DNA of 62,305 nt, filler included, from Stramenopiles sp. TOSAG23-2 (Eukaryota), in assembly GCA_900128395.1 (NCBI GenBank). It is 4 parts of 4 records of this genome, joined end to end, with 100 filler letters (N's around TTAATTAATTAA, not from the genome) between each part and the next. Parts side by side here need not be neighbours in the genome. Positions count along the whole stretch, not along the records: positions 31,269 to 46,752 come from LT649706.1; positions 46,853 to 62,305 come from LT649707.1; 2 more parts are not named here. One strand, written 5' to 3'. A program made the position numbers and the translations under genes. Below, piece by piece: positions 38,940-48,292 of the stretch. The notes below the pieces were generated by a model that saw nothing but the letters and a program-made list of their open reading frames with translations, made no database searches and was not told the DNA's origin. Numbering within the stretch: position 1 is the stretch's first letter; each line of letters starts with the position of its first letter.

Positions 38940-40122
38940 ATGATAGCAATTCGTCGTCTATCTATTTTCGATTCGATATATCTCTATCTATCCACATCTT
39001 TACTATCAACAACTAAGAATCATATTCAACATATTTATAATGCATTATCACCATCCAAAGTAAAAGGTGGTGGTGATGATGTGAATCATAATAATCAACT
39101 CGTTTTACAACGAAAACAGTCCGCAGCTTATACAGTAGAAAATAGTTATTTAGCAACGACGGTAGATAATGAAGACCATACCTTTAATGGCATTATGTTT
39201 AATATTTGCATTGACAGTGCGTTTCCAATACGATATATTGAATTACATGCTTTTTCTGCTCGAGGAAGGCTTGGTCCAATTACTATTTGGGTGACAAAAG
39301 AAAACCAAGATTTCCGCGCAGTGTTGGAGGACCAAGAGTCATGGGAGCGTGTTTATCAACATAATCATACACCATCAACAAGAAAATTTGTTGAATTTTT
39401 CCTGGATTCCCCAATAAGATTAGAGCCAAATGAGACACGAGGTGTTTACATTCATAGTGCTTTACCAAATGACCGAGGAATTGTATATGATAATTCAAGA
39501 ATGTGGAGTGGTAACAATCCAAGAGTTAAGGACGACTTTATTCAAGTTAGTTCGGCTTATGCTCACACATCTTATGATCCATTTAGCCGTACGTTTTGAT
39601 TTACTTCATAGAAGCAACGATATTTCATCGATACCTATATATATATATATACATATAAACATACTAACACAATTCATTTATATTTATTACTCATATGACA
39701 ATAATTTAGCATACGGAATGTGGGGAAATAGCTGGAGGCAGCGTCGAGAATTTGTAGGCACTGTACGTTATGGTGTGAAATACATGTTATGGAATCCTGA
39801 AACTCATACACGGATGCCAAATACACACCAAGAAGTTGTGATGACATTATTATTATGTTCAAGGCGACAGACTTGTATATTATCAATATTGCCACTGGAT
39901 TGTGTTTTATATATCTTGAATATGTTGGCTCCATGGGATTATTCTTTTAATGAATCTATTAAAGGACGTAAAAGATTAAAAAATCGAAATGGAAACAATA
40001 ATTCATCATATGGTGGACGGATTAAAAATTTATTTAAACGATTAACAAATTGGTATTATGGTGGTGAAGAAGACGATGATAAGAAGAGCAGGAATGATAG
40101 TAACAAAAGTAAAAAGAAGTAA
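38940..40122 (+). CDS. Hypothetical protein, two exons (38940-39588, 39710-40122); start uncertain
   Basis: Intron 39589-39709 with donor GTACGT, branch point TACTAAC (39662-39668) and acceptor TTTAG joins the two ORFs in frame (YDPFSP/YGMWGNSW). Confidence 0.78.
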
Positions 40123-40444
40123 AAAAAATATACACATCGCATATATCATTATATATTAATTTTAACTTAAAAAAATAAGAGAATTTTTTATATAAATATA
40201 TAAAATGTTCTCTTACTATATATATATTGGTTTAAAATCTAAGTGTTCTCTTACTCATATATTATATTAAATTTTCTTTTACTCCAGTTCATTAACATAT
40301 CAAATCAAAAATGATTTATATATATATATATGTAATTATTTTGTGATATGATATACACAAACCCAATCTATTTACATCTCGCTAGATTGGTATGAACGTT
40401 CGTATTTTCTTTTCTGAGAGTACTAGTGTGAGAAAAAAGCAAAA

Positions 40445-41512
40445 ATGGCAACTGAAGCGAATAATAAATCTGAGTTTCGAAATTTGAGAAAACAAGTTGC
40501 TAAACGTAGTTCTGAGCTTGGATTTTTTAAAATGACACAACCAAAATCGATTGGGGGACAACCAGCGACTCAACTAGAAATTATTGCATTTCAAGAAGCA
40601 TTATCTACTGCTAATGTTCCAATGCTATCATCTTCCGTCTTTGGACCTGGTGCAGGAATGTTAGGAAGAGCAACCGGTGAGTTAAGGGAAAGGTATTTAA
40701 TGGGTGTACTTCGTGGTGAATTGCGTGGAAGTTTTGGTTTCACCGAACCGCCAGATGTAGTTGAACGCACAGTGGCAGTTGAGGATGGAGATGATTTAGT
40801 GATTACAGGACAAAAGTCATATGTAACAGGTGGTGATACCGCAGATTTTGTATCTGCATTTTGTAACTTACGTTCACCAAATGGTGAGAAACAAGGCAAT
40901 GCAATGGTTGTTATCGATATTGATTCTCCAGGGGTTACCATCGAGCGTGTTTTTAGCTCTATGGATGATAACATGAAACATGCATATTTAAGTTTTAATA
41001 ATGTGCGTGTACCAAAGTGGAGAATTCTTGGTGGTAAAAGTGGTGGAAATAGTGGTATGAAAAATGCTATGAGACAAATTGGAAACGTTCGTTTATCTCT
41101 TAGTGCGCAAGCTGTTGGGACTGCCAAATGTGCGTTAGATTATACAAGAACTACATTAAATGCACCACATCGTAGTGGTTCGCCGTTGTCAACAAGGGAA
41201 GGTGTCAGGATAAGATATGCAGAATTATATGCTGAATATTATGCAGCAAGAAGTATGCTTTATCATACAGCACAATTAGCACAGCAAGGGGAAGATATTA
41301 ATTCTAAGCTGAAAGCAACTAAAATTTTTTGTACAGAAATGGCTAATAAAGTTGTGGATGGATGCTTACAATTAAGTGGCGGTATGGCAGTGACAGTAGG
41401 ACATCCATTGGAAGCATTGTATCGACAAGTTCGTGTATGGAAATTTACAGAAGGTGCAAGCGATTTGTTACGTATACAGTTAGCAGAAGATGTTTTGTCA
41501 TCAAAGTTGTGA
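40445..41512 (+). CDS. Acyl-CoA dehydrogenase family protein with C-terminal PTS1 (SKL), 355 aa
   Basis: Motifs SFGFTEP, ITGQKSYVTGG, F.NVRVP, CLQLSGG, LYRQVR....TEGASDLLR; ends SSKL. Confidence 0.92.
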   Translation: MATEANNKSEFRNLRKQVAKRSSELGFFKMTQPKSIGGQPATQLEIIAFQEALSTANVPMLSSSVFGPGAGMLGRATGELRERYLMGVLRGELRGSFGFTEPPDVVERTVAVEDGDDLVITGQKSYVTGGDTADFVSAFCNLRSPNGEKQGNAMVVIDIDSPGVTIERVFSSMDDNMKHAYLSFNNVRVPKWRILGGKSGGNSGMKNAMRQIGNVRLSLSAQAVGTAKCALDYTRTTLNAPHRSGSPLSTREGVRIRYAELYAEYYAARSMLYHTAQLAQQGEDINSKLKATKIFCTEMANKVVDGCLQLSGGMAVTVGHPLEALYRQVRVWKFTEGASDLLRIQLAEDVLSSKL

Positions 41513-42009
41513 GAGTGAGAGGTATTTTTGATTTTTTGTTTAAAGTTAATAAAACACTTTTAAAAAATTTTTTATAGTATCATAAATAAAAAATAAATTA
41601 TATAGCGTAAATTGAATAATAATAAATATTTAAATATATAATCAATTTAAAATAATAAATATTATATTTATTATGACACACATTAAATCTAGAGATGATA
41701 CTCGTATCAGTATTATACTACGTTTCGTATACGCGAATTTTAATAAAAAAGAGTACGCGTATATGATGGTGGTTAAAATAATATTAAAAAATACGCTTCG
41801 TACGCGTATACTCGTAATATATTTTTTTTTTATTATAAAAAAATATTTCTTTTTTTTACGTCGTAAAATTTTTTATACTCTTCTCTCGTTCAATAAAGAT
41901 AAAATATCTCTCAAAATACGAAGAAGTCGTATATCAATACGCGAAGTTAAAGCCTATGTTATGATATATTTTAAAAATTCGCGTGTACGGAGTTCGTATT
42001 CGTACTATT

Positions 42010-45000
42010 TTATGGTGGCGTAGTACTAATAGAATTTACCCAAAGATTAACACATTCACTTATATAAGTATTGCCTGCATAAATAACCCTTGAATCGTTT
42101 TTACGTAATGGCAATAAAGACAAATGACATATTCCCCCCTTTTCATCATCATCATTCTCCATATTCTTACTATCAATGTCTCCTTCATCGATATGTTTAT
42201 ATGTTATCATCTTGATTCGAGGAAAATCCATCCCATACTTTTTGACCGTCAATCCAAGCTTTTTCCACCCTTTCTTTAATGTTTCCATTTCTATCAATAA
42301 ATCTTTCCTAGCTTTTTCTTGATAAACAATCCAAAGTTGTAGCGAGCAGCAAACTTTGTACATTGCAAATAAACATTTGAAATACTTTACCACTTTCTCC
42401 TCCTTTAATACTTCAGCTACTGATATTTGCTTTCGGAAAGATCCTTCTGCGTTGATTTTTTTCGATGCGTATGTAACTTTATCGACAAATGATTGCGCTT
42501 TTATAAATTCCTTCTTACAATGCCTTAAAATAGACATCCAATGGTCTGGATAATTTTCATATCTACCCATAGGTTCGTTTATCCCAACGATGACAGTCCG
42601 TAACAATGATGCTTTCTTCAATAATAGTAAAACTTTGGGCAGATCACTTGATGCTAATTCAGTTAAATCATTGAGGTTTGATTCTAAGGAATAAGGAAAT
42701 AATTGACAGAAACGTTTATTTAACATTCCATTTTCACCACAAATATCAATAATTTCATTTTTCAAATCACTAAATTTAACAATAGTCTCTGTTGGGCGGA
42801 TATCACGCCATGGATTTGTAGTAGCAAAATCTTCAGCCGCACCTGCTAACGTATCAATATACTTTTTGCAGCGACTTGCTTCTAGAAAACGTTGTTGCTC
42901 AATCAATTCAGGAACAAGTTGTTCCAATGGCCCTTCAAACCGTCCTCGATTTTCCATCGCCGGAAGAAATGATAAGTCTGCCTCGGCAAGACCAACAGAA
43001 AGAACCCGTTCTACCCTACGCCGATCAACATTAGAATCGATGAGGTTGTTATCACCATTCTGATTATTTTGCTTGTTTGAGGAAAAGCTGTCGCTTGATA
43101 CAGGTGTTCCAGATAATGCAAAATCTGCTAAATTACTAAATATGTCATTCTCATTTTTTGGAGATGGAACTTTTTCAGTGACGAATGAATCTATCAGCGA
43201 TGCATTTAAAGCAACGGTATCTTCTGAAGCTTTCTTAACGATACTATCAGTTGCATCATTAAAGTCACCAAAATCATCCCCATCACCTCCCTCTGCATCA
43301 TTGAAATCGCCGAAATCGTCTGCATTATCTTTTTGATCTTTATCATCAAAAACATTATCAACTACTTCTTCTTTTACCTCTTGTTCATTATTGAACATAT
43401 CAATCTCCGGTTCCTTTTTCGTTTGTTTCGTCACGTTTAAATTATCAACGACATTCTGAATAGCTGTGCTTGCTGGCATATCGTTTAAATTTACGTCGTT
43501 TCCAGTCGCTTTTTCTTTTGCACTTGTAAAATCGCCAAAATCATCATCAATCTCATCTTCACCATTCTTGTTTTGTACTCCCCCAACATCAACAGATGTT
43601 GTGGACGCCTCAGTAAAATCGCCAAAATCATCCTCATCATTATCTTCCTCTTTAACATTTGTATCAACATTTGAATCCGTGTTGTTAATAGGTGCACTAC
43701 TGCCACCAATTGACATTTGTAAATTTTTCATATTGACGTTTAAATTCTGTACAGCACTATTTGTGTCTATTTGCGTCGGCAATAATGATAATGCAGGTAG
43801 TGGAGCATCTTCAACAGCACTGGTCAAACTAGCAAATGGGTCTAGCGCATCATCATCAACCTTATTATTATTATTATTATTGTTGTTGTTACCTTCATCC
43901 ATCAAAACTTCTGGCATACTTATTGCTACATTGTTTTTTTTCATCTCATTAGTATTATTTACATTGACCTGAGACTTATCATTATTGACAGCTGGCTCTT
44001 CAAATTTATTGTTTGTATCTAATCCATTATTATTAATGTTATCAATATTTGCTATTTCTGGTTTTACGAATGGTGGTACGCCATCAAATATTGGATCTTT
44101 TGGAGACAAATTTAAATTTTTGGTTTCATGCAATATTGTCGGTGATGGTAAATAACCATTTTGAGCTAATAATACAAGACGCATTGCAATTTGAAATTCT
44201 TTTAATCCTAAGTAATGTTGTTTTAAAGTATCTGATAATTCCCATATTTGTCTTAAATATCCACGATCTAATTTTGATTTTGTCAAAAATGCAACAGCAT
44301 TTTTACCAGATAACTGGCCAACCCTTTCAACATCAGCTATATTAAATAAATATTTACTAATTTCAATCTCATGCTCTGATGGTTCCCAATTTGTATTGCT
44401 ACTAGTACTGTTGTTATTATTATTACCGTTAATATTCACACCATTTAGATCAATGCTATTATTATTATTATTAACTATTGATGGTATCTCAATTGTTTGA
44501 GGTGTTGTTACTACATTGGAAATACCTAAACCATTGTTATTAATGTTATCAATATTTGCTATTTCTGGTTTTACGAATGGTGGTACGCCATCAAATATTG
44601 GATCTTTTGGAGACAAATTTAAATCTTTGGTTTCATGCAATATTGTCGGTGATGGTAAATAACCATTTTGAGCTAATAATACAAGACGCATTGCAATTTG
44701 AAATTCTTTTAATCCTAAGTAATGTTGTTTTAAAGTATCTGATAATTCCCATATTTGTCTTAAATATCCACGATCTAATTTTGATTTTGTCAAAAATGCA
44801 ACAGCATTTTTACCAGATAACTGGCCAACCCTTTCAACATCAGCTATATTAAATAAATATTTACTAATTTCAATCTCATGCTCTGATGGTTCCCAATTTG
44901 TATTGCTACCAGTATTCATGGCTGCTTCATTTAAATTATTTTCATTCGAAGTTAAATTAATATCATCTATTTTTGGCGACATTTGCATTTGTAAGTTTTC

Positions 45001-45051
45001 ACTCATTTGATCAGTGCCCCCCATCATTGCATTTTCACTTGTAGTATTCAT
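42010..45051 (-). CDS. Gamma-synergin-like EH-domain protein, 3' part (two EH domains, DDFGDF motifs, synergin-type C-terminus)
   Basis: Two EH domains (LSGKNAVAFLTKSKL....LRQIWELSD...EF..AM.LV); four DDFGDF gamma-adaptin-ear motifs; one DPF; C-terminal CHLSLL...YISECVNLWVN resembling the synergin C-terminal motif. Confidence 0.78.
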   Translation of the reverse strand: MNTTSENAMMGGTDQMSENLQMQMSPKIDDINLTSNENNLNEAAMNTGSNTNWEPSEHEIEISKYLFNIADVERVGQLSGKNAVAFLTKSKLDRGYLRQIWELSDTLKQHYLGLKEFQIAMRLVLLAQNGYLPSPTILHETKDLNLSPKDPIFDGVPPFVKPEIANIDNINNNGLGISNVVTTPQTIEIPSIVNNNNNSIDLNGVNINGNNNNNSTSSNTNWEPSEHEIEISKYLFNIADVERVGQLSGKNAVAFLTKSKLDRGYLRQIWELSDTLKQHYLGLKEFQIAMRLVLLAQNGYLPSPTILHETKNLNLSPKDPIFDGVPPFVKPEIANIDNINNNGLDTNNKFEEPAVNNDKSQVNVNNTNEMKKNNVAISMPEVLMDEGNNNNNNNNNKVDDDALDPFASLTSAVEDAPLPALSLLPTQIDTNSAVQNLNVNMKNLQMSIGGSSAPINNTDSNVDTNVKEEDNDEDDFGDFTEASTTSVDVGGVQNKNGEDEIDDDFGDFTSAKEKATGNDVNLNDMPASTAIQNVVDNLNVTKQTKKEPEIDMFNNEQEVKEEVVDNVFDDKDQKDNADDFGDFNDAEGGDGDDFGDFNDATDSIVKKASEDTVALNASLIDSFVTEKVPSPKNENDIFSNLADFALSGTPVSSDSFSSNKQNNQNGDNNLIDSNVDRRRVERVLSVGLAEADLSFLPAMENRGRFEGPLEQLVPELIEQQRFLEASRCKKYIDTLAGAAEDFATTNPWRDIRPTETIVKFSDLKNEIIDICGENGMLNKRFCQLFPYSLESNLNDLTELASSDLPKVLLLLKKASLLRTVIVGINEPMGRYENYPDHWMSILRHCKKEFIKAQSFVDKVTYASKKINAEGSFRKQISVAEVLKEEKVVKYFKCLFAMYKVCCSLQLWIVYQEKARKDLLIEMETLKKGWKKLGLTVKKYGMDFPRIKMITYKHIDEGDIDSKNMENDDDEKGGICHLSLLPLRKNDSRVIYAGNTYISECVNLWVNSISTTPP
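44024..44909 (-). repeat. Near-identical ~379-bp intragenic duplication of an EH domain (44024-44402 and 44531-44909)
   Basis: Offset 507 nt; only about two differences visible, one giving N/D. Confidence 0.93.
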
Positions 45052-45052
45052 A

Positions 45053-46141
45053 TTAATAATATGAGTTATTCGTATCACTAGTAATATTGTTGTTATCAGA
45101 TATTATTGATGGAGGTAACAAACCTTCAAATGCGTCACTTATACTGGATTTTCTTTGTAAAGATATATTGCTATTCTGAGGAATATTTGGATCTGGTGTT
45201 TCTTGAACATTGATATTTATTGATTCAGTACCTATGCTGCTATCCAATGACATCGGATCAGGATTGATGCCATTATTATTTTTATTAGTGCTCTCATTAA
45301 TAGCAATGGAAGGAATATTACCTTGTATTGTATTTAAAGCATTTGGTATTGTACTTGTAGTTTCGACAGGAATCTCAATTCCGCTACCTGGAAAAACTGA
45401 AAGTGGTAAACCTTGAGTCAATTGATTATTATTTAAAGAATTAATTGAAATTTCTGCACCAGAAAATGCGATTGCAACAAATTGTATAGCTACCGTGAAT
45501 TCAACAAAATTTAGTGAACCAACCTTGCGTATAGACGAATTATTCCATATTAGTTTCAAAATCGAATTTTCAAGTTTTGTTTTTCTAAAAAATGCTACCG
45601 CATCTTTACCAGGTATTGTATTATTTGAACCATCCTTTACTAAGCTTTGAAATAATAGTGTAGAATATTTCAGAAGCAATTTTTTCGGTCGCCAAGTGAT
45701 ATTTCCACTATTAAGAGTATTTTCAATTTCTTCTTTTGATGCGTACATTGGTAGAGAATTGCTATTATTTTGGATGGCAAAGTTATTAAGTTCGTTTGGT
45801 GGTGTTTGCATAGGTAATTGAGGTATCATTGCAATTTTTTGTGGTTCAATATTTTTAAAAATAGGACTTGGAAAATTAGATACGCCTTGCAATAATGTGG
45901 GTGTTGGAATTTGTCCATTTTGTGCTAATCCAACATATTTCATCGCGATACAAAAACTTTCAAAATTGAGGGCATGGGCCTTATTTTGATCACTCAGTTC
46001 CCATATTGTTCTTAAATATTTTCTATCAATACCAGATTTTTGTAAAAATACAACAGCATCTTTCCCACCAAGATTTTGATTTCCATTGTTTCCATTTGCT
46101 ATGGCAAACAATCGTTGAAAATATGCTTGCTGCGATTCCAT
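45053..46141 (-). CDS. EH-domain protein, 5' part (two EH domains); probably the same gene as 42010-45051, separated by a one-base frame break
   Basis: EH motifs LGGKDAVVFLQKSGI....LRTIWELSD and IPGKDAVAFFRKTKL....LKLIW. The stop at 45055-45053 lies one base from the next ATG. Confidence 0.8.
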   Translation of the reverse strand: MESQQAYFQRLFAIANGNNGNQNLGGKDAVVFLQKSGIDRKYLRTIWELSDQNKAHALNFESFCIAMKYVGLAQNGQIPTPTLLQGVSNFPSPIFKNIEPQKIAMIPQLPMQTPPNELNNFAIQNNSNSLPMYASKEEIENTLNSGNITWRPKKLLLKYSTLLFQSLVKDGSNNTIPGKDAVAFFRKTKLENSILKLIWNNSSIRKVGSLNFVEFTVAIQFVAIAFSGAEISINSLNNNQLTQGLPLSVFPGSGIEIPVETTSTIPNALNTIQGNIPSIAINESTNKNNNGINPDPMSLDSSIGTESININVQETPDPNIPQNSNISLQRKSSISDAFEGLLPPSIISDNNNITSDTNNSYY

Positions 46142-46200
46142 GATTATTGTTCCTGCACCTTTTTAATTGAAATATATATATATATATATATATGTATATG

Positions 46201-46366
46201 TATGATATTGTGTCTTTTCTTTTTGTTTTGTTTATTCTTATTAATAGATATCTAAATATCAGTATTCTCATTCATTCATTATTTAGAATTATAATTATTG
46301 TTTTGTTTATGATATTGTGTCTTTTCTTTTTGTTTTGTTTATTCTTATTAATAGATATCTAAATAT
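46201..46366. repeat. Exact 59-bp direct repeat upstream of the EH gene
   Basis: TATGATATTGTGTCTTTTCTTTTTGTTTTGTTTATTCTTATTAATAGATATCTAAATAT at 46201-46259 and 46308-46366. Confidence 0.9.
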
Positions 46367-46752
46367 ATGAATTGAATAATATTTATATCTTCATTCAATT
46401 TTTTTTGTTGTTTATGTTGGGTGTTGGGCACTTCTTGCAACAACACTTGTGGTGCTTTTTTTGCGGGCGGTTCAGCTCACAAGTCCGAGTATAAGGTTTT
46501 TCTTTTATTAAGGGATCCAGGCAGGAACTATTAAGCTATAATAATATTAAGGGAGTTGTACAGTCACTCATCACTGAAGAAATCACGCAAAGTAACCGTT
46601 TATTAAAAAGTAAATGTACACATTTATAGATTATTGGTAATTACAAACCGAAAGAAATACATAATACATATCGTACTACTAATATATATGTATATATAAT
46701 CTAAACGTGGGAGAAGATTACCAAGCTTCATCTGTGGCATACGAGGTGCAGA

Positions 46753-46852
46753 NNNNNNNNNNNNNNNNNNNNNNNNNNNNNNNNNNNNNNNNNNNNTTAA
46801 TTAATTAANNNNNNNNNNNNNNNNNNNNNNNNNNNNNNNNNNNNNNNNNNNN
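46753..46852. other. Artificial contig-joining spacer
   Basis: N44-TTAATTAATTAA-N44. Confidence 0.99.
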
Positions 46853-46901
46853 CAATACTCAATCGCAAGAATAATATGCTATCCTACTATAATAAAGCTC
46901 T
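46853..46901 (-). repeat. Dispersed repeat module B copy at contig start
   Basis: CAATACTCAATCGCAAGAATAATAT...CTATCC..ACTATA..AAAGCTCT is the reverse complement of 15023-15078. Confidence 0.75.
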
Positions 46902-47029
46902 CCTGACGTCGCCGCAAGCTCTCATGCGCCACCGCAAGCTAATACTCCATAAGCACAAGTAGGTCTGAATCCAGTATAACACACTATATATATATATATA
47001 TATATCATATATTTAAAAATAATATTATT

Positions 47030-47284
47030 TTAATGCTTTTTTAGAACACTCATTGCCTCCTCCATGTCTTTTTCATTTCTATCTTCAGCTGGCTTCATCT
47101 CAGTCTGTTTTTCTTCATTTAATTGCTTTGATACAGTGAAACCTGGCTTACACTCACAATACCATTCCGACGATAAATTATCCCATAAGCATTTCCCATC
47201 GTTATGACATCTTAACTTCGAGTTACAACGTTCCCCTATATTTGGATTAACATTGAAATCAAAACATGCGGATAAAATGGACAT
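47030..47284 (-). pseudogene. Short ORF (84 aa from ATG 47284) containing a truncated EGF-like module; probable gene fragment
   Basis: CNSKLRCHNDGKCLWDNLSSEWYCECKPGFT has five of the six EGF cysteines, then switches abruptly to a charged tail. No signal peptide. Confidence 0.45.
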
Positions 47285-47849
47285 AATATCGGGTAAAAAA
47301 AAGAAAAAATCAAAGCGAAAAGATGGATTATCCGGGGAGGATATATATAGTGCAAAATTAATGACGATGAAAGACAATGAGAAAAAAAAGGTATATAGAT
47401 TTCCTGATATTAACAAGGGTGTTAGAGATAATCAATCTCTTTTATATTGGGCATGTATGAAAGGTGAAATTAAAACAATAAAAAAATTAATGAAAAAAAG
47501 CAACCCACCTGATATCAATTGGATAAATTCAGCAAATGGCATGAGTGGCGCACATATTGCAGCATGGCAAAGGCATGGCCGCGTTCTTAAAACCTTGCGA
47601 AAATTAGGAGCAAATATGAAAATAAAAGATAAGAAAGGACGTACAGTGGATGATATTGTAGCAAAATGTTCTACTAGTAACGATCCGCGACGTTATACAA
47701 AAAAGAAGCGTAAATTAGATGCCCGTAAAGCTAAAGAAGCTAGACAACAAAAAATTATAGAAGATACGAAGAAGCAAGCAATGAAACTAGCAGCGGAAAG
47801 AATGGCGAAAGCTCGTGGAGAAGATGGTAAACTGAATTTTGTTAGATGA
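47277..47849 (+). CDS. Basic ankyrin-repeat protein (~190 aa)
   Basis: QSLLYWACMKGEIKTIKKLM and GMSGAHIAAWQRHGRVLKTLRKLGANMKIKDKKGRT. First ATG at 47277; the ORF-track start at 47253 is TTG. Confidence 0.8.
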   Translation: MDIISGKKKKKSKRKDGLSGEDIYSAKLMTMKDNEKKKVYRFPDINKGVRDNQSLLYWACMKGEIKTIKKLMKKSNPPDINWINSANGMSGAHIAAWQRHGRVLKTLRKLGANMKIKDKKGRTVDDIVAKCSTSNDPRRYTKKKRKLDARKAKEARQQKIIEDTKKQAMKLAAERMAKARGEDGKLNFVR

Positions 47850-48124
47850 ATTTACTCCCGGGGGTATTATATACGGCTTCGTATATTTTTTTTTATATAA
47901 AAAAGAAGATTTTTTTTTTTTATAAAAACACCCACATTTTTATGAACCGTGCGTATATTATAATCATCATGACATGACATTACTTTTTAATTTAATTAAT
48001 TGAAATTATAATATACGTAGCTAGATATGATTTTAAAATATATATCATAATATATGGAGATGTATATATTCTTCGTATATATACGCTCTCGTATAAATAT
48101 ATATATAATAAAATAATTCTCTTA

Positions 48125-48222
48125 TAAATTTTACGCACATATATAATTTATTTTTAATTTACTCATGATAATTCCTACTCTTCAAAAGAATAAAATATGA
48201 TAACTGAAATAATCTAATCTTA
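48125..48222 (+). repeat. Dispersed repeat module A, partial copy
   Basis: TTTTTAATTTACTCATGATAATTCCTACTCTTCAAAAGAATAAAATA...TAACTGAAATAATCT. Confidence 0.88.
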
Positions 48223-48292
48223 TATAAATATAATAATTATATACCACACTCTATACAAAAAAATATGAACTTCGTACGTGTGATGTAAATTG

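Noticed and set aside
41673-42023. 116-aa ORF in the spacer between convergent genes
   Set aside because: Ile/Tyr/Lys/Phe-rich translation of AT-rich non-coding DNA.
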